From Naegleria gruberi (taxonomy: Eukaryota): a stretch of DNA of 64,000 bases. The notes under the pieces were generated by a model. It did not search any database and was not told where the DNA came from. It saw only the letters and a list, made by a program, of their open reading frames with translations. Positions 11,135 to 21,635 of this stretch are shown one piece after another (position 1 is the stretch's first letter; each line of letters opens with the position of its first letter). Where the stretch lies: assembly GCA_000004985.1 (NCBI GenBank), contig GG738900.1; one strand, 5' to 3'. The translations under genes and the position numbers were made by a program.

Positions 11135-11368
11135 TTAGATTCCGTAAACGTCCTTTGAACGACCTTGTCTTTGTTTGTGTCTTTGATTTTCCTCGCAGAT
11201 AACGTAGACCTTCTTCTTTCCTCTCTTAACAATTTGGCATTGTTTGCACATTTTCTGTTTTTCCGAATAATGATTAAAATTAATTATTGAATAAACATGA
11301 TGACAATTCCTCCTTTCAAATAACACACCTTCAAAGATGAAACAACTCTCATTTTTTTCTAATTGCAA
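11135..11368 (-). CDS. MRPL36: Mitochondrial ribosomal protein bL36-like (MRPL36-type)
   Basis: The C-terminal 38 aa, …SEKQKMCKQCQIVKRGKKKVYVICEENQRHKQRQG, match the bL36 zinc-ribbon consensus (SxxKKxCxxCKxxKRxGxVYVICxNPKHKQRQG). The N-terminal extension is atypical for a presequence, so the true start (ATG at 11368 versus a downstream ATG, or an upstream exon) is uncertain. Confidence 0.5.
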   Translation of the reverse strand: MQLEKNESCFIFEGVLFERRNCHHVYSIINFNHYSEKQKMCKQCQIVKRGKKKVYVICEENQRHKQRQGRSKDVYGI

Positions 11369-11447
11369 AATTTATTTATTTTAAAAATCAATCAAAATAA
11401 TTTTTTTATTGTTTTTTCCTCATGTAAAATTCTTTGCCAATAAAACC

Positions 11448-12502
11448 TTAGTAACTCACGTATTGCATACCATCGAAAAGCATATGGAAGGCAACATCCT
11501 TGTATTGTTCGTCGACAAATTTGTAGTCGTCTAATTGATGTCTGGTAACCCAAGCATGGTCAGAGTATTCAGCCAATTGCTTGAAAGGTGGAACACCTCC
11601 GATATAAATAACACGATAGAAGAAAGTCTTTTCAAGTGGGTTTGATGGATTCACATAGTGAGCTGTTGGTGAATAGCTGATAAAGTGACCATTTACACGA
11701 TTACGCATTTGTTTACCGAAAAATTCTTGAGCAGCTGATCTCATTGTGTGTGGATTAGTTCTAACAGTTTCTGGGAATTTCCACAAACCAGTTTCCTTAT
11801 CTTTGAAAATAAGATAGAGTCTATTTTCTAATTGTCTATTAATTGATTTTCTATTATCATTGAAATCATCCTTTGTCCATCTTCGTTGAGGTTTCCAATT
11901 CTTTATCCAATAGTCAGTACCTTCAGTCATATATCCTTTACCTTGTGTTCTTTCATATTCAAGTTTTTGTTTATCAGTCATTTCAGCTGGGTCTGGTACT
12001 TTAATGTGAACATCTGGACCCTCCTTCTTAGCGTTCTTTTGACCCTGTTTTTGTTATTATTATGATGAATTATGTATTATGGAAAAATACTAACCTCTTG
12101 CTTCTTCTTTAATTTCATCCATTCTTCGTGATATTCGGTATAATCGAGCCATTTATGTCTGGCATAATAATTGTTATTGTGTTTTTGAAGCTCGTTCATT
12201 TCCTTCTCAATAGGGTGCATATCATTACCCAAACGAGGTAACCTCTCCAAACAAAAAGCTACTTTCAAAGTTTCTGGACCATTATAAATCACTTCCTTTG
12301 GAATATCTTTTTCAGGGATCGGTGTCTTGTATCCACTCTTATCAACTTCTTCCTTGGTAACCCAGAGTAAATATCTCTTTTGTGTTGTACAACAAGGTGA
12401 AAATACTGAAGCCGATGAAGGAGAAATGTTTTTGCTCAAAGCATTCTTGCCGGATTGAAGAAGAACAGCTTTGGCGGTGTTTGTGATACGTTGCTTTTGC
12501 AT
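11448..12502 (-). CDS. MRPL46: Mitochondrial ribosomal protein L46 (NUDIX-like mL46), 2 exons
   Basis: Exon 1 is ~12096..12502 and exon 2 is 11448..~12045 (±1 nt). The ~50-nt intron runs GTTAGT…AACAG, and the stop of the upstream ORF lies inside it. The join is in frame (…KKKQE|GQKNAKKEGPDVHIKVPDPAEMTDKQ…). Similarity to mL46: GLWKFPETVRTNPHTMRSAAQEFF versus human [33 protein letters not shown] versus KVFFFKALLL; HAWVTRHQLDDY versus HVWVSKEELGDY. Confidence 0.8.
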
Positions 12503-12678
12503 TTTTTTAATGTATTTTATTTTTTATTTTTTATTTTTCATTAATTCTTTTGGGGCAAGGTTTAAGCATACTGAGCACAGGTTTGAGGGAAATTCAATTA
12601 ATATTATTAATCCTATCATCAACTCTTTATAACATCACATTATGTTCACAATTTTATGGTGCCTCTTATTCTCTTCTT

Positions 12679-14649
12679 TTATTGATGTGGTTTTACTGGA
12701 GTAGTGGCAATATCTTTGGTTTCAGTTTTTCTTAAAAGAAGAGGGCTTAAGGTGTGATTTGCAAAAAGTTCCAAACATGTCATCATATTTTCCAAATACC
12801 TTTGAACATGTTCGTAATGTACGCTCTCTGGATAACATATTGAAAAGATCAATTCTCCAGTCCTTGAGTTGGTGTAGAAAATATTGGAAATACCATTCGT
12901 GTTGCCAATGGCAGAATAAGCCGCTGAGATGAGCTCAAATCTGACATTCTGTCCTGTCAAATTCTCCAATTTACCTATATTACTGAATACCATTTGGAAA
13001 GATTCCTTCTTACTAATGTCAAATTTCAGAAATTTGTGAACTATTTGATAGGTAGATAGAGTGTCATGATACTTCTTATTGAGACAATTTCTCGTTTGAT
13101 AGGATCCATCTAATATTATTTCAATCAATTTATCAATATCCGATTCATTATTAGGGGATATGTTTTGGGGAATGTGCAATCTGGTGGTTGATAAAAGTGC
13201 TGAGGAATAATTTCTAAAGATGTCCTTTGGTTTCCCGAGTGGAAGGAGAATACCTTCTCTAAAATCCACTGTTATGGTATTAGTAAAACCAAAGGTTGTC
13301 TTTTCTCTCGCTTTTTCATTGTAAGACCTTGAAGAGAGAACCCATGCCAAACATCCAATCGATTGAACTATTGCTGTAACTGTGAGGTCAAGTGTCTTGG
13401 TTTTTTCAATCAACTTGGTAAGTGTTAACTTACTGGTATGTCGAATGAGAACCTTAGTCTGTGCTGGCTCAGGATAGGGAGATTTTAGTGGAAATGATAT
13501 TATTGGAGACAAACCATTATAACTAATCACTTGACTCACAAATCTAGAATAGAATAATAATCCTCCAAGTTTTCCAAGTTTTTTAGGAATATCTGACTCT
13601 GCATGGTGGTGAGTTGGAGTGGAGCTAGTTGAGCTACTGGTGCTACTGCTAGTTTCTGTTGGAGATTGATCATTCTTCTTTTTTTGTGGAGCAGTTTTTG
13701 ATTTAAGCATTTCCAGAATTTGAATAGGTGAGGGTGGAAGTAGAGAATGAATGTTTTCTAAGGCTTTCCTCTTTACCTCCATCAACTCTTTTTCCACATC
13801 GACAAGCTGTACTTCTCCATACATGTAATCGAATAATGAGGCAAACTCTTCAAGGAAGATTTTTATACTCGTAGCATCACAAAGAGCATGAAAAAATGTA
13901 AAACAACACACCCATTTCCCATCTGTGTGTTTTGATTTTGTGATGGTCAACCTCCACATTGCTTGGACTGAATTTGGATCTCGTAAAATATCCCATGAAT
14001 GAATAATCTCGTGATTAATTAGTAATTTTACAAGCTCTTCTTCATTTTCGATTTCAATATTGTCAGGATTTATCGAATTTTCATCCAATAATACTTGAAT
14101 ATCCACAGTGATTTGATCCACAATTTCGAATTGAATAGTTCCACGTGATTGTACAATTTCTTTCGTCCATATTTCGTGTAAAACTTTTTCAATATTATCC
14201 GAATGTGATGAAATCTTTGAATTGATTTTCTTCTTCAGTTTATCCTTCAGTGTAGGAATGGCACACAACATTGGATGTCTATATTTCAGAATATCAATAC
14301 ACTTTTTACATTTCTCCTTTAGTTTCTCCCCTTCAGCTCTCACTATTTCAATATCATCTTGTGTACCCTCCTGTAATTTGACACTTTTTGGAATAATATC
14401 TGCTGCCAATACTAAATTATGATGTCCCAGAAAGTTTTTATCATTAATTCTATGAAAATAATATTGTTCACTGAGTGTTGTTTCTACACATCCGATCGGT
14501 GGATTGAGTGACAATAATTGTAATCTTTCCCTAAGTGCACTAGAGAAGGGAATCGGAATAAAATTTTTATATATCCTCTCTAAATCCTCTTCACTATGAT
14601 GATTGTGATGATGAATTGCTATTTCCTTGTTGTGCTGTTTGAGTGTCAT
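12679..14649 (-). CDS. HxxxD-motif acyltransferase-like protein (condensation / WS-DGAT / PapA5-like superfamily), 656 aa
   Basis: Single ORF from ATG at 14649 to the stop at 12679. The motif FFHALCDATS resembles the HHxxxDG active-site motif of CoA-dependent acyltransferases. N-terminal His-rich stretch and an internal S/T tract (SSSTSSSTSSTPTHHH). The functional call is tentative. Confidence 0.7.
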   Translation of the reverse strand: MTLKQHNKEIAIHHHNHHSEEDLERIYKNFIPIPFSSALRERLQLLSLNPPIGCVETTLSEQYYFHRINDKNFLGHHNLVLAADIIPKSVKLQEGTQDDIEIVRAEGEKLKEKCKKCIDILKYRHPMLCAIPTLKDKLKKKINSKISSHSDNIEKVLHEIWTKEIVQSRGTIQFEIVDQITVDIQVLLDENSINPDNIEIENEEELVKLLINHEIIHSWDILRDPNSVQAMWRLTITKSKHTDGKWVCCFTFFHALCDATSIKIFLEEFASLFDYMYGEVQLVDVEKELMEVKRKALENIHSLLPPSPIQILEMLKSKTAPQKKKNDQSPTETSSSTSSSTSSTPTHHHAESDIPKKLGKLGGLLFYSRFVSQVISYNGLSPIISFPLKSPYPEPAQTKVLIRHTSKLTLTKLIEKTKTLDLTVTAIVQSIGCLAWVLSSRSYNEKAREKTTFGFTNTITVDFREGILLPLGKPKDIFRNYSSALLSTTRLHIPQNISPNNESDIDKLIEIILDGSYQTRNCLNKKYHDTLSTYQIVHKFLKFDISKKESFQMVFSNIGKLENLTGQNVRFELISAAYSAIGNTNGISNIFYTNSRTGELIFSICYPESVHYEHVQRYLENMMTCLELFANHTLSPLLLRKTETKDIATTPVKPHQ

Positions 14650-14788
14650 GTGTTTTTTTTATGTTTCCTTTGCATTATGTTTTCAAATTCCAAGATGAGG
14701 TACAAATTAGGTTCGTTATTGTTTCCAATCGTTTCTTCATTCCAATATATCTGAAAAGAATGGAATAGCTCAGCAAGTTAAAAAATTA

Positions 14789-15310
14789 TTGAGCCCTTTG
14801 AATGAAAAACAAATAGAAAGATTGGATGAAATTTTGAAAAAGTTAAAGATTTCTAAACTTTTATCAAGTGTTGCAAAGGTTTCAAACGATATTTTGATTA
14901 TTTTTGATGATTTTGGATTGCCAAATATTGTAGAAGAACAGCAATCAATATTATATTTCAATAATGGTGAGATTAATCGACCAAATACTAATCTTTCAAA
15001 ACCAGATACAGTTTTTGAAGATGTTTTATGTGGACTATTCCCTAACATGGTAAAGAAAAGAGCAAATATAAAGAGACCATTGTCATCTTATATGATTTAC
15101 TGTAGGGAGAAAAGAGAGGAAATGAGAAACGAAATGATAAGCAAGCAAGAACAAACTACGAATATTACGATAATGAAAGCTTTAGCAGAAATATGGAAAG
15201 AGTTGAGTGAAACTGAGAAAAATCCGTATGCTGAATTAGCAGCCATTGACCGGGAAGAATATCAAAAGAAACTCGATGAATATGTATTTGTTATCAGAGA
15301 TTTGGATTGA
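14789..15310 (+). CDS. HMG-box DNA-binding protein (NHP6/HMGB-like box at C-terminus); 5' end unresolved
   Basis: KRPLSSYMIYCREKREEMRNEM…IMKALAEIWKELSETEKNPYAELAAIDREEYQKKLDEY is a canonical HMG box. The tracked ORF starts at TTG (14789). The frame is open back to a TAG at 14708 with no ATG. The first in-frame ATG (15047, MVKKRANIKRPLSSY…) would give an 87-aa NHP6-like protein. The open upstream frame looks coding, so an unplaced 5' exon is possible. Divergent from the minus-strand gene ending at 14649. Confidence 0.65.
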   Translation: MSPLNEKQIERLDEILKKLKISKLLSSVAKVSNDILIIFDDFGLPNIVEEQQSILYFNNGEINRPNTNLSKPDTVFEDVLCGLFPNMVKKRANIKRPLSSYMIYCREKREEMRNEMISKQEQTTNITIMKALAEIWKELSETEKNPYAELAAIDREEYQKKLDEYVFVIRDLD

Positions 15311-15377
15311 AACTTGTTCGACTGACAATAAACTGGTGATGTTTTCGCGCCAAAAATATTTACGTTTTCAAAAGAAA

Positions 15378-17702
15378 ATGAAAGTATTTGTATTTGAGGC
15401 CGATGATTATGCCGAAAAGTACCTCTGTGAGAGATTGTATGCCGAGGAAAATGTAGGTTATCAATTGAATCATTGTCATCAACATGATCGACAATTTTTA
15501 TTTATCAATAAACTAGTTTGTGATTGGAACAAGTAAAACTGGAAAGGACTCTATTCCATTCGTAAATAAATTAATTCAGGTAAGGAAGATTAATAGTGAT
15601 GTAAATAATTGTTTACAACCTTTAAAAAGAATGATCCGAAGGAAATTAGGAATGCACTTATGGATGTGGATGCAATTGTATATAGATTGAAGGAGAGTAA
15701 TATTGATGATACTAGATTTGCAATCAAAGTTATTGAGGCTGCCGAATTCAATGAACCTAAAACAATGATCTTACTCTCGACAAGTATGTCTTGGGCAATG
15801 ACTCGTAAAAGTTTTACTGAAGCAGATCAAGATGATGAAGCAGAAAAACCATTAAGAAAGCCATATGAAGCTTTCACTGAAGATGCATTTGTCACAAGAA
15901 AACCTCACAACTCATTTAAAGGATTTGTTGAAATTGAAAAGAGAGTTATGAGAGCTAAATCAAAATATCTCAGAACCTTTGTGTTCTTCTGTGGAATTTT
16001 GTATGGAGAAGAGGAAGAAAAATTACATCAATGGTTTAAATTGGCTTGGAATGGAGAAGGTGACTCATTGCCTGTCTTTTTGGATGGTGGAAATTATGTT
16101 CCAATGATTCATGTGCAAGATTTAGTATCAATAACTCAAAAAACAATTGAAGAGCCACCCCAACCAAAGGACGGTGAGGATGATTATCAACAAGCATTTC
16201 TTGCAGTGGATGAATCCCAGTTGACTCAATCTCAAATAGTTGAATGCATTAGTCAAAAGTTTGGATTTAATGGAAAGGTTGAAAAGCTAGATGAAGAAGA
16301 GTGTTTAATTTATGACTACTTTGAATATTTCACAGCTGACGTTAAACTTGCCATTGGTGCTGTCAATGAATTCTCCTTTGAATGGGTTTCCAAAGAGGGG
16401 TTTGCTGAGAATTTCGACAAAATCAAGCAAGAGTTTGAAAAGAAGAGAAATCTTGCTCCTCTTAGAATTTTAATGATAGGTCCACCAGGTGCAGGAAAAT
16501 CCCACTATTCTGCTCAAATGAAGAGAAAATATAGATTGGATGTTGTGAACTCGTCTTCTGTAATTTCAGATTTTGAAGCATTGGTGAAAGAGAAGGAAGC
16601 AACCTACCATAATCTTGTTCAAGAAAAGAAAGACAAGATTGAGCACGCCAAACAATTGAGACTGCAAAAGAAGAAGGAGCTAGAAGAAAAGAAGAAAAAG
16701 CAAGAAGAAGCTAAAAACGATGGAGATGACGATGAAGACAACCAAGAACCTCCTCAAGAAGAAGATCCAGAAGAACCAGCAGAAGAGGATAAGGAAGAAG
16801 AGGAAGGTTCACCAATCTTTGTTGCAAAACAAGAATTTGAAAAATACAAGGCCATTCTTGATTTGAAAGAGAACAGTGGAAGATATAATGATACAGCAAT
16901 TACTGAAATGTTTAGATGGAAACTGTCTCAACCAAGGTTGTTGAACCATGGTTGGATACTGGATGGATTCCCAAAAACAGTTGAGCAAGCTAAACTTCTT
17001 TTTATTAAGCGTGCAGAGGGAGATGATGAACCAAAGGGTGTGGATGATCATTTGTTCCCTGATTATTGTATTATTTTCAATTGTAAAGAGAAGGTTTTGG
17101 AGGATAGATTAATCAATATAACTGATCCAACTCCAGGACACAATGACCAAGATGGTTTTAAGAGAAGACTTGAAGCCTTTAACAAGGCTAACGATATTAA
17201 CAATTTAACCACATATCTTTTGGGCTATATTGAAGAATGTGTTACTGAACAAAAGAGACAGTGTATAACGAAGGAAGTAGTTTTTGAAACTGAAAGAGAT
17301 GAAAAAGAAATACTGACCGAAGTTAAGGAGTTTTTGGGTAAGCCGCACAACTATGGTCCAACAGAGAAGGAATTAAAAGAAAAGGAGAGAAGAAGAGCTG
17401 CCAGAGAAGATGAACAACAAAAACAAGAACAACAGAAGCACCAAAATGCTTTGGAAAGAAAGAGAAAACAAGCAGAAGAAAGAGAAAGAGTATTAAGAAG
17501 TGATGCTGAAAGACTTGAAGAAATAAGAAAGCAAGAGAAAATCATGCTTGAAGTCAAATCTCAACCACTTAGAGTTTACCTTATGGAAAATGTCATTCCA
17601 GTTCTTACCAAAGGGTTGATTGAAGTGTGTCAAATGCAACCAGAAGATCCTGTTGATTATCTTGCTGAATGGTTGTTCAAACAAATTCCTGATGATAAAT
17701 AA
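15378..17702 (+). CDS. AK7: Adenylate kinase 7-like protein (Rossmann-like N-domain + adenylate kinase + C-terminal Dpy-30 motif), 3 exons
   Basis: Exons 15378..15452, 15517..15579 and 15630..17702. Intron 1 (15453..15516, 64 nt) runs GTAGGT…CTAG, and intron 2 (15580..15629, 50 nt) runs GTAAGG…AAAAAG. Both joins are in frame and give MKVFVFEADDYAEKYLCERLYAEEN|FVIGTSKTGKDSIPFVNKLIQ|NDPKEIRNALMDVDAIVY…. P-loop LMIGPPGAGKSHY. AK signature GWILDGFPKT. The C-terminal RVYLMENVIPVLTKGLIEVCQMQPEDPVDYLAEWLFKQ is a Dpy-30/RIIa-like motif. The ORF track shows exon 3 from a TTG at 15609 and exon 1 inside the ORF at 15246..15536. Confidence 0.8.
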
Positions 17703-17704
17703 AT

Positions 17705-20700
17705 TTATTTAAGTTGCCTTTCGGCTCTAACAACTGGATAGTATTTTAGAATTGAGTTTTGAATTGCATAATCTTTCATTGTTAATCCCTTTTTATCCAT
17801 TAGAGTCTCCTTAACTCCAAGTGAATTAATACACAATCCAGCCAAAAATTGAATCTCTTCCAAGCTCAGTTCACTCATATACAGATGTTTCTTTTTCTCT
17901 TGTAAATCATATAATAAATGAAGAATGGTTTGACCGTTTGATAATTGGAAGTTTGCCTTGGCGCCACTTTGAACAAGATATTTTGCTGTTTTGAGTTGTT
18001 TGTTGTGAATGGCAATGAATAATGGAGGGTAACCATCAATATTAACAGCATCAATATCAGCTCCAAATAATAAAAGTAATCTTATTATGTTTGTCATTCC
18101 TGATCCAGAAGCAAGATGCAAACAAGTGTTTCCATTTTCATCCTTAGCAGTAATGTCAACACATAATTCCTTAACAAGAATGACAGCCATATCATAAAGA
18201 ATCTTTTCCTCTTCCTGATTATAATAGATACAGTTACAAATAAGATGGAGAATGGTTTCGTCGTATTCACCCCTTATTCTAATGATGTACTTGGAATTTC
18301 TGGCAAAGATGGCAAACATCTTGAAATCCAAGCGATCTAAGGCTATCAACAGAGCACACTTGTTGTCACCTCTCGAACCAGTTGTTGATCCGAAAACCAA
18401 GCATGGATCTGAACCAGATTCACAAAGAGCTTCCATGGTTTTTTCGAATTGTTCTTCCTTCTCTGGATCCTCAAATTTTTCATGTTTTTCCATCAAATAT
18501 TCTAAAATGTGCTTGTGGTCAACTGTGTAAATATTTAACTCGGCTCTATTCTTTGCTAAAACCCTGACCATTCCTGGGTTCATACATTCAGCAGCAATAA
18601 GCAGAGGGGGTGGAACGAAATTGCCAAAATTAGGGCAAGCATATTTATCCATTAAGTATTGAGCAATTTCCTCATATCCCATGGCGGCTGCTACGTGAAG
18701 AGAAGTTCTATAAAATTCATCTTGAGTATCCACATATTCTTTTTCAATTTCGACAAGATGCTTTACTCCTTCAAAATCTCCAGAACTGAATAGATTGAAT
18801 ATGATAGGTTGAGAATAATTTTCTTACTTACAAAACTGCTGTGTGAAGATTCATTTTAGATCCTAAACCTTTCAATTTTGAAATTATTTCCAATCTGGAC
18901 TTTACTTCATCTTGAACAATAGTCACATATCTCATTTCTGGAACATAGTAAGCAAAGTCGCAAGCCGTCTTCTTCTTATGGAGGATATTGATATCAATGT
19001 TTGGATGGCTTGCCAAAATATTTACAGCTGTTATATTTGCGTTTTTACAAGCCACGTGAAGAGGAGCTCCTAATGACCTTGTAGTCAAGTTGACATCAGC
19101 TCCTTTTTCAAGCAGTAAATTAATTATTTGAGTAGTAATTTCTGGTTCTGATTGTAAACCACAGGCCAAATGCAACAAGGATTGTCCTCTGTCTGATACT
19201 CTGTTAACATCAGTGAAACCTTCATTAGAGAAAAAAGATTCCATTTTCTCAATGTTCAATGATTGGACGCATTCCATTGCAAGATCAAAAGGATCACATT
19301 TAGAAGGGGAAATTAGTGTATCGTCGAAAGAGAAGGAAGTTGAAATCACTTCCTCTCTAGCAGGGACTGGCTCCTCAACATTAATTGAGGCAATATCGAA
19401 TTTGAAAGGAATCTGTCCAAAGTTTGTAGTGACTGTACAGGGTGCATTTGAGCCAATAACAGGATAAAATACAAATGGATTTTCATGTTCTGGTTCCATA
19501 ATTGTTTCACTCTTTGGATTCATGTTCAAATATTCGTCAACAATTTTTTGTTCCAATGGCTTTCCTCTCTTTTCCCTAATTATCAAATGTCTAGTAGCTT
19601 CAACTGGAATACCATCAATTATTGTTCCAGATAAATGCTCTCCTGGATGCTCTGTCCATGTGCCTTTCATAATGCCTTCTCCAGGAATATATACGTACTT
19701 TGTATAGGTAGATGGGTAGTGTTCAATATCTGCTGCTTCTGTCAACTTTGATTCCTCTCGAATTCTTACAATTTCCTCTAAGGATGATAAATCATAAAAC
19801 TTTCCTAACATTACTCCATTCAATGTGAAAAATACATGTCTTTGAGGTAATATGATACCTGCACCAACAGTGTCTCCAACTTGGAATGATTTGTTAATTT
19901 CGTATTGTTTTGAATCGTGACTAATGGCACCTGTATCACTGTGATAAGCGTAGGATCTATTCTTGATTAATTGATAAATAGAATAGTCAAACTTACATAT
20001 CATCAAATCCTGGAAATGCATGATAATACCCATCTTTCGAACTGAATCCAATTGCAATCGAAACATTTTTCACTGATCGTATTACACTAATTTCAAAGTA
20101 ACACATTTTTTGATCATCATATCTTATATCACATCCACTATTAACCATAACACTCTTAATCATAATTTAGCCTAACATTCCTCAATAAAAACTTACTGTA
20201 TGATTTGTTGTTCCAGGTGTGGCAAATCTGATAAAGTACTTGTCTTCATAGGCTGATATTTTGAAATGATTCTTCGGAATTATAAAGAATTGTTGATCAT
20301 TTTCAGGTTCAATCTCTTGCATACTTTCGAGAGGTTCCTCAGTTTGAAATTCACTATCGTCCTCATCAACATTAGGAATTGTATTCATTACTTGTTCCTT
20401 TCTCCTCCTAGGTGTAATGACACTCTTAGTTTTTGATTGTTTGGGAGTGTAGTTTTTATAATTGGTCTTAATCCTTGATGATGATGTTGAGGTAGTACTC
20501 ATGGAAGAACCCATAGTGGCTCTACTACCATTCTCCACCCTACTTGAATGATTCTGCTGACGATATCGAGGTGTCGATGATGACATTTCAAAATCTGTAA
20601 ATTTTTTTAAGAATTTTGGCGGTAAGGAATTTAGAATGACCGTTACACGATTTAATGTTGTTATTGAACATTCCTTGATAGGTTTCATCTGTTGTTGAGT

Positions 20701-20721
20701 TTTTGATGTTTCTTTTTTCAA
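17705..20721 (-). CDS. SPRY-domain (RanBP9/RanBPM-type) + ankyrin-repeat protein, 3 exons
   Basis: Exons (minus strand) 20197..20688/20721, 18832..20033 and 17705..18785. Intron 1 (20034..20196, 163 nt) runs GTAAGT…AAAG. Intron 2 (18786..18831, 46 nt) runs GTAAGT…TTCAG and overlaps the stop of the middle ORF. The joins recreate a SPRY core, …DKYFIRFATPGTTNHT|MGIIMHFQD…SYAYHSDTGAISH…FQVGDTVGAGIILPQRHVFFTLNGVMLG. Compare RanBPM [20 protein letters not shown]…SYGYHGDDG…FTTGDVIGCCVNL…CFYTKNGHSLG. The middle and last exons carry at least six ankyrin repeats. The first ATG is at 20688; the tracked TTG start is at 20721. Confidence 0.7.
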
Positions 20722-20779
20722 TAGCTATATATTTGCTTTATCAAATCATGCACGATTGGAAGAGATACCACTGAGGAGA

Positions 20780-21499
20780 TTAGTCATTTTTCTTTTGGGT
20801 TCTGGCTTGGGCAAGTTTCTTTCTAATTTCCAATGGAACTGTTTCAATACCATAAGCATTGGTTGCAATATTCTTGTGTGTAAGTTGTTGCTTTCCAATA
20901 ATATCATATTTCTCACCTCTCACAATGACAAGAATAGCATCAATAAGTAAGCCAACAATGAGACCAAAGAGACCAAAGAGCATTTGGTTTTGAGTCTTGT
21001 TTTCTCCTTCAAATATGTATTGAGAAATTGTGAAAAAGAGAATGAACATTGTAGCCATTGTAACAACTAAATCCAATCCAACACCTAATTGACCCTTATA
21101 TGAATTAATAGCTTCTCTTTCATCTCTGGGTCTACCAACCACATTCTTTACCATTTTCGAATATTCTTCATCTGCCATCTTTTTTTTGAGTTGTTCTGTC
21201 AACTTTAACCATTTTGGATCTTTTTTAGTTATTGTTGGTGTTTGTTTTGTCAACCGTATTTTACTTCCTTTCACTAATTTATGAAGATATGTTTTTGATG
21301 ATGATTTATCATCCGATGTGTTATTATTTAAATATTCAATCACTCGTTTTAAAACTTCAAATGTTACAAAATCCTCATTATCGAATTGTTCAATTTGTAC
21401 TCGGAGACTAGACTCCACTGCTGACGTTCCGTATTTAACAAGATGTGATTTTGCTTTCTGCAGACAGTCACTAATTTCTTGCGTTTTATCAATTTCCAT
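20780..21499 (-). CDS. Small membrane protein with two C-terminal TM helices, Vma12/TMEM199-like (tentative)
   Basis: 239 aa, from ATG at 21499. Hydrophilic coiled N-half with EEYSKMVKNV, then two hydrophobic helices (GVGLDLVVTMATMFILFFTISQYIF and MLFGLFGLIVGLLIDAILVIV). The topology and the EEY(S/R)(K/R)MV(K/R)NV motif resemble V-ATPase assembly factor Vma12/TMEM199; the assignment is from memory only. Confidence 0.55.
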   Translation of the reverse strand: MEIDKTQEISDCLQKAKSHLVKYGTSAVESSLRVQIEQFDNEDFVTFEVLKRVIEYLNNNTSDDKSSSKTYLHKLVKGSKIRLTKQTPTITKKDPKWLKLTEQLKKKMADEEYSKMVKNVVGRPRDEREAINSYKGQLGVGLDLVVTMATMFILFFTISQYIFEGENKTQNQMLFGLFGLIVGLLIDAILVIVRGEKYDIIGKQQLTHKNIATNAYGIETVPLEIRKKLAQARTQKKND

Positions 21500-21635
21500 T
21501 TTTTTTCTATTTTAAAATTGCAAAAAGATTTTATTTAATTTTAAATGAATTAGAAATTTAATTCATTAGATATTTTACCTTTAAAGAATTGTTGCTTTTT
21601 TCGTTTTTTAAATTCATTAAAATTAATAATAAAAA

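Noticed and set aside
14770-15048. Minus-strand 92-aa ORF overlapping the HMG-box gene
   Set aside because: Antisense to a conserved HMG-box coding region, with no recognisable product.
15246-15536. 96-aa ORF that looks like a separate small gene
   Set aside because: Only its 3' part (15378..15452) is used, as exon 1 of the AK7-like gene. The rest is in a frame that ends in an intron. The upstream part overlaps the HMG-box gene's 3' end.
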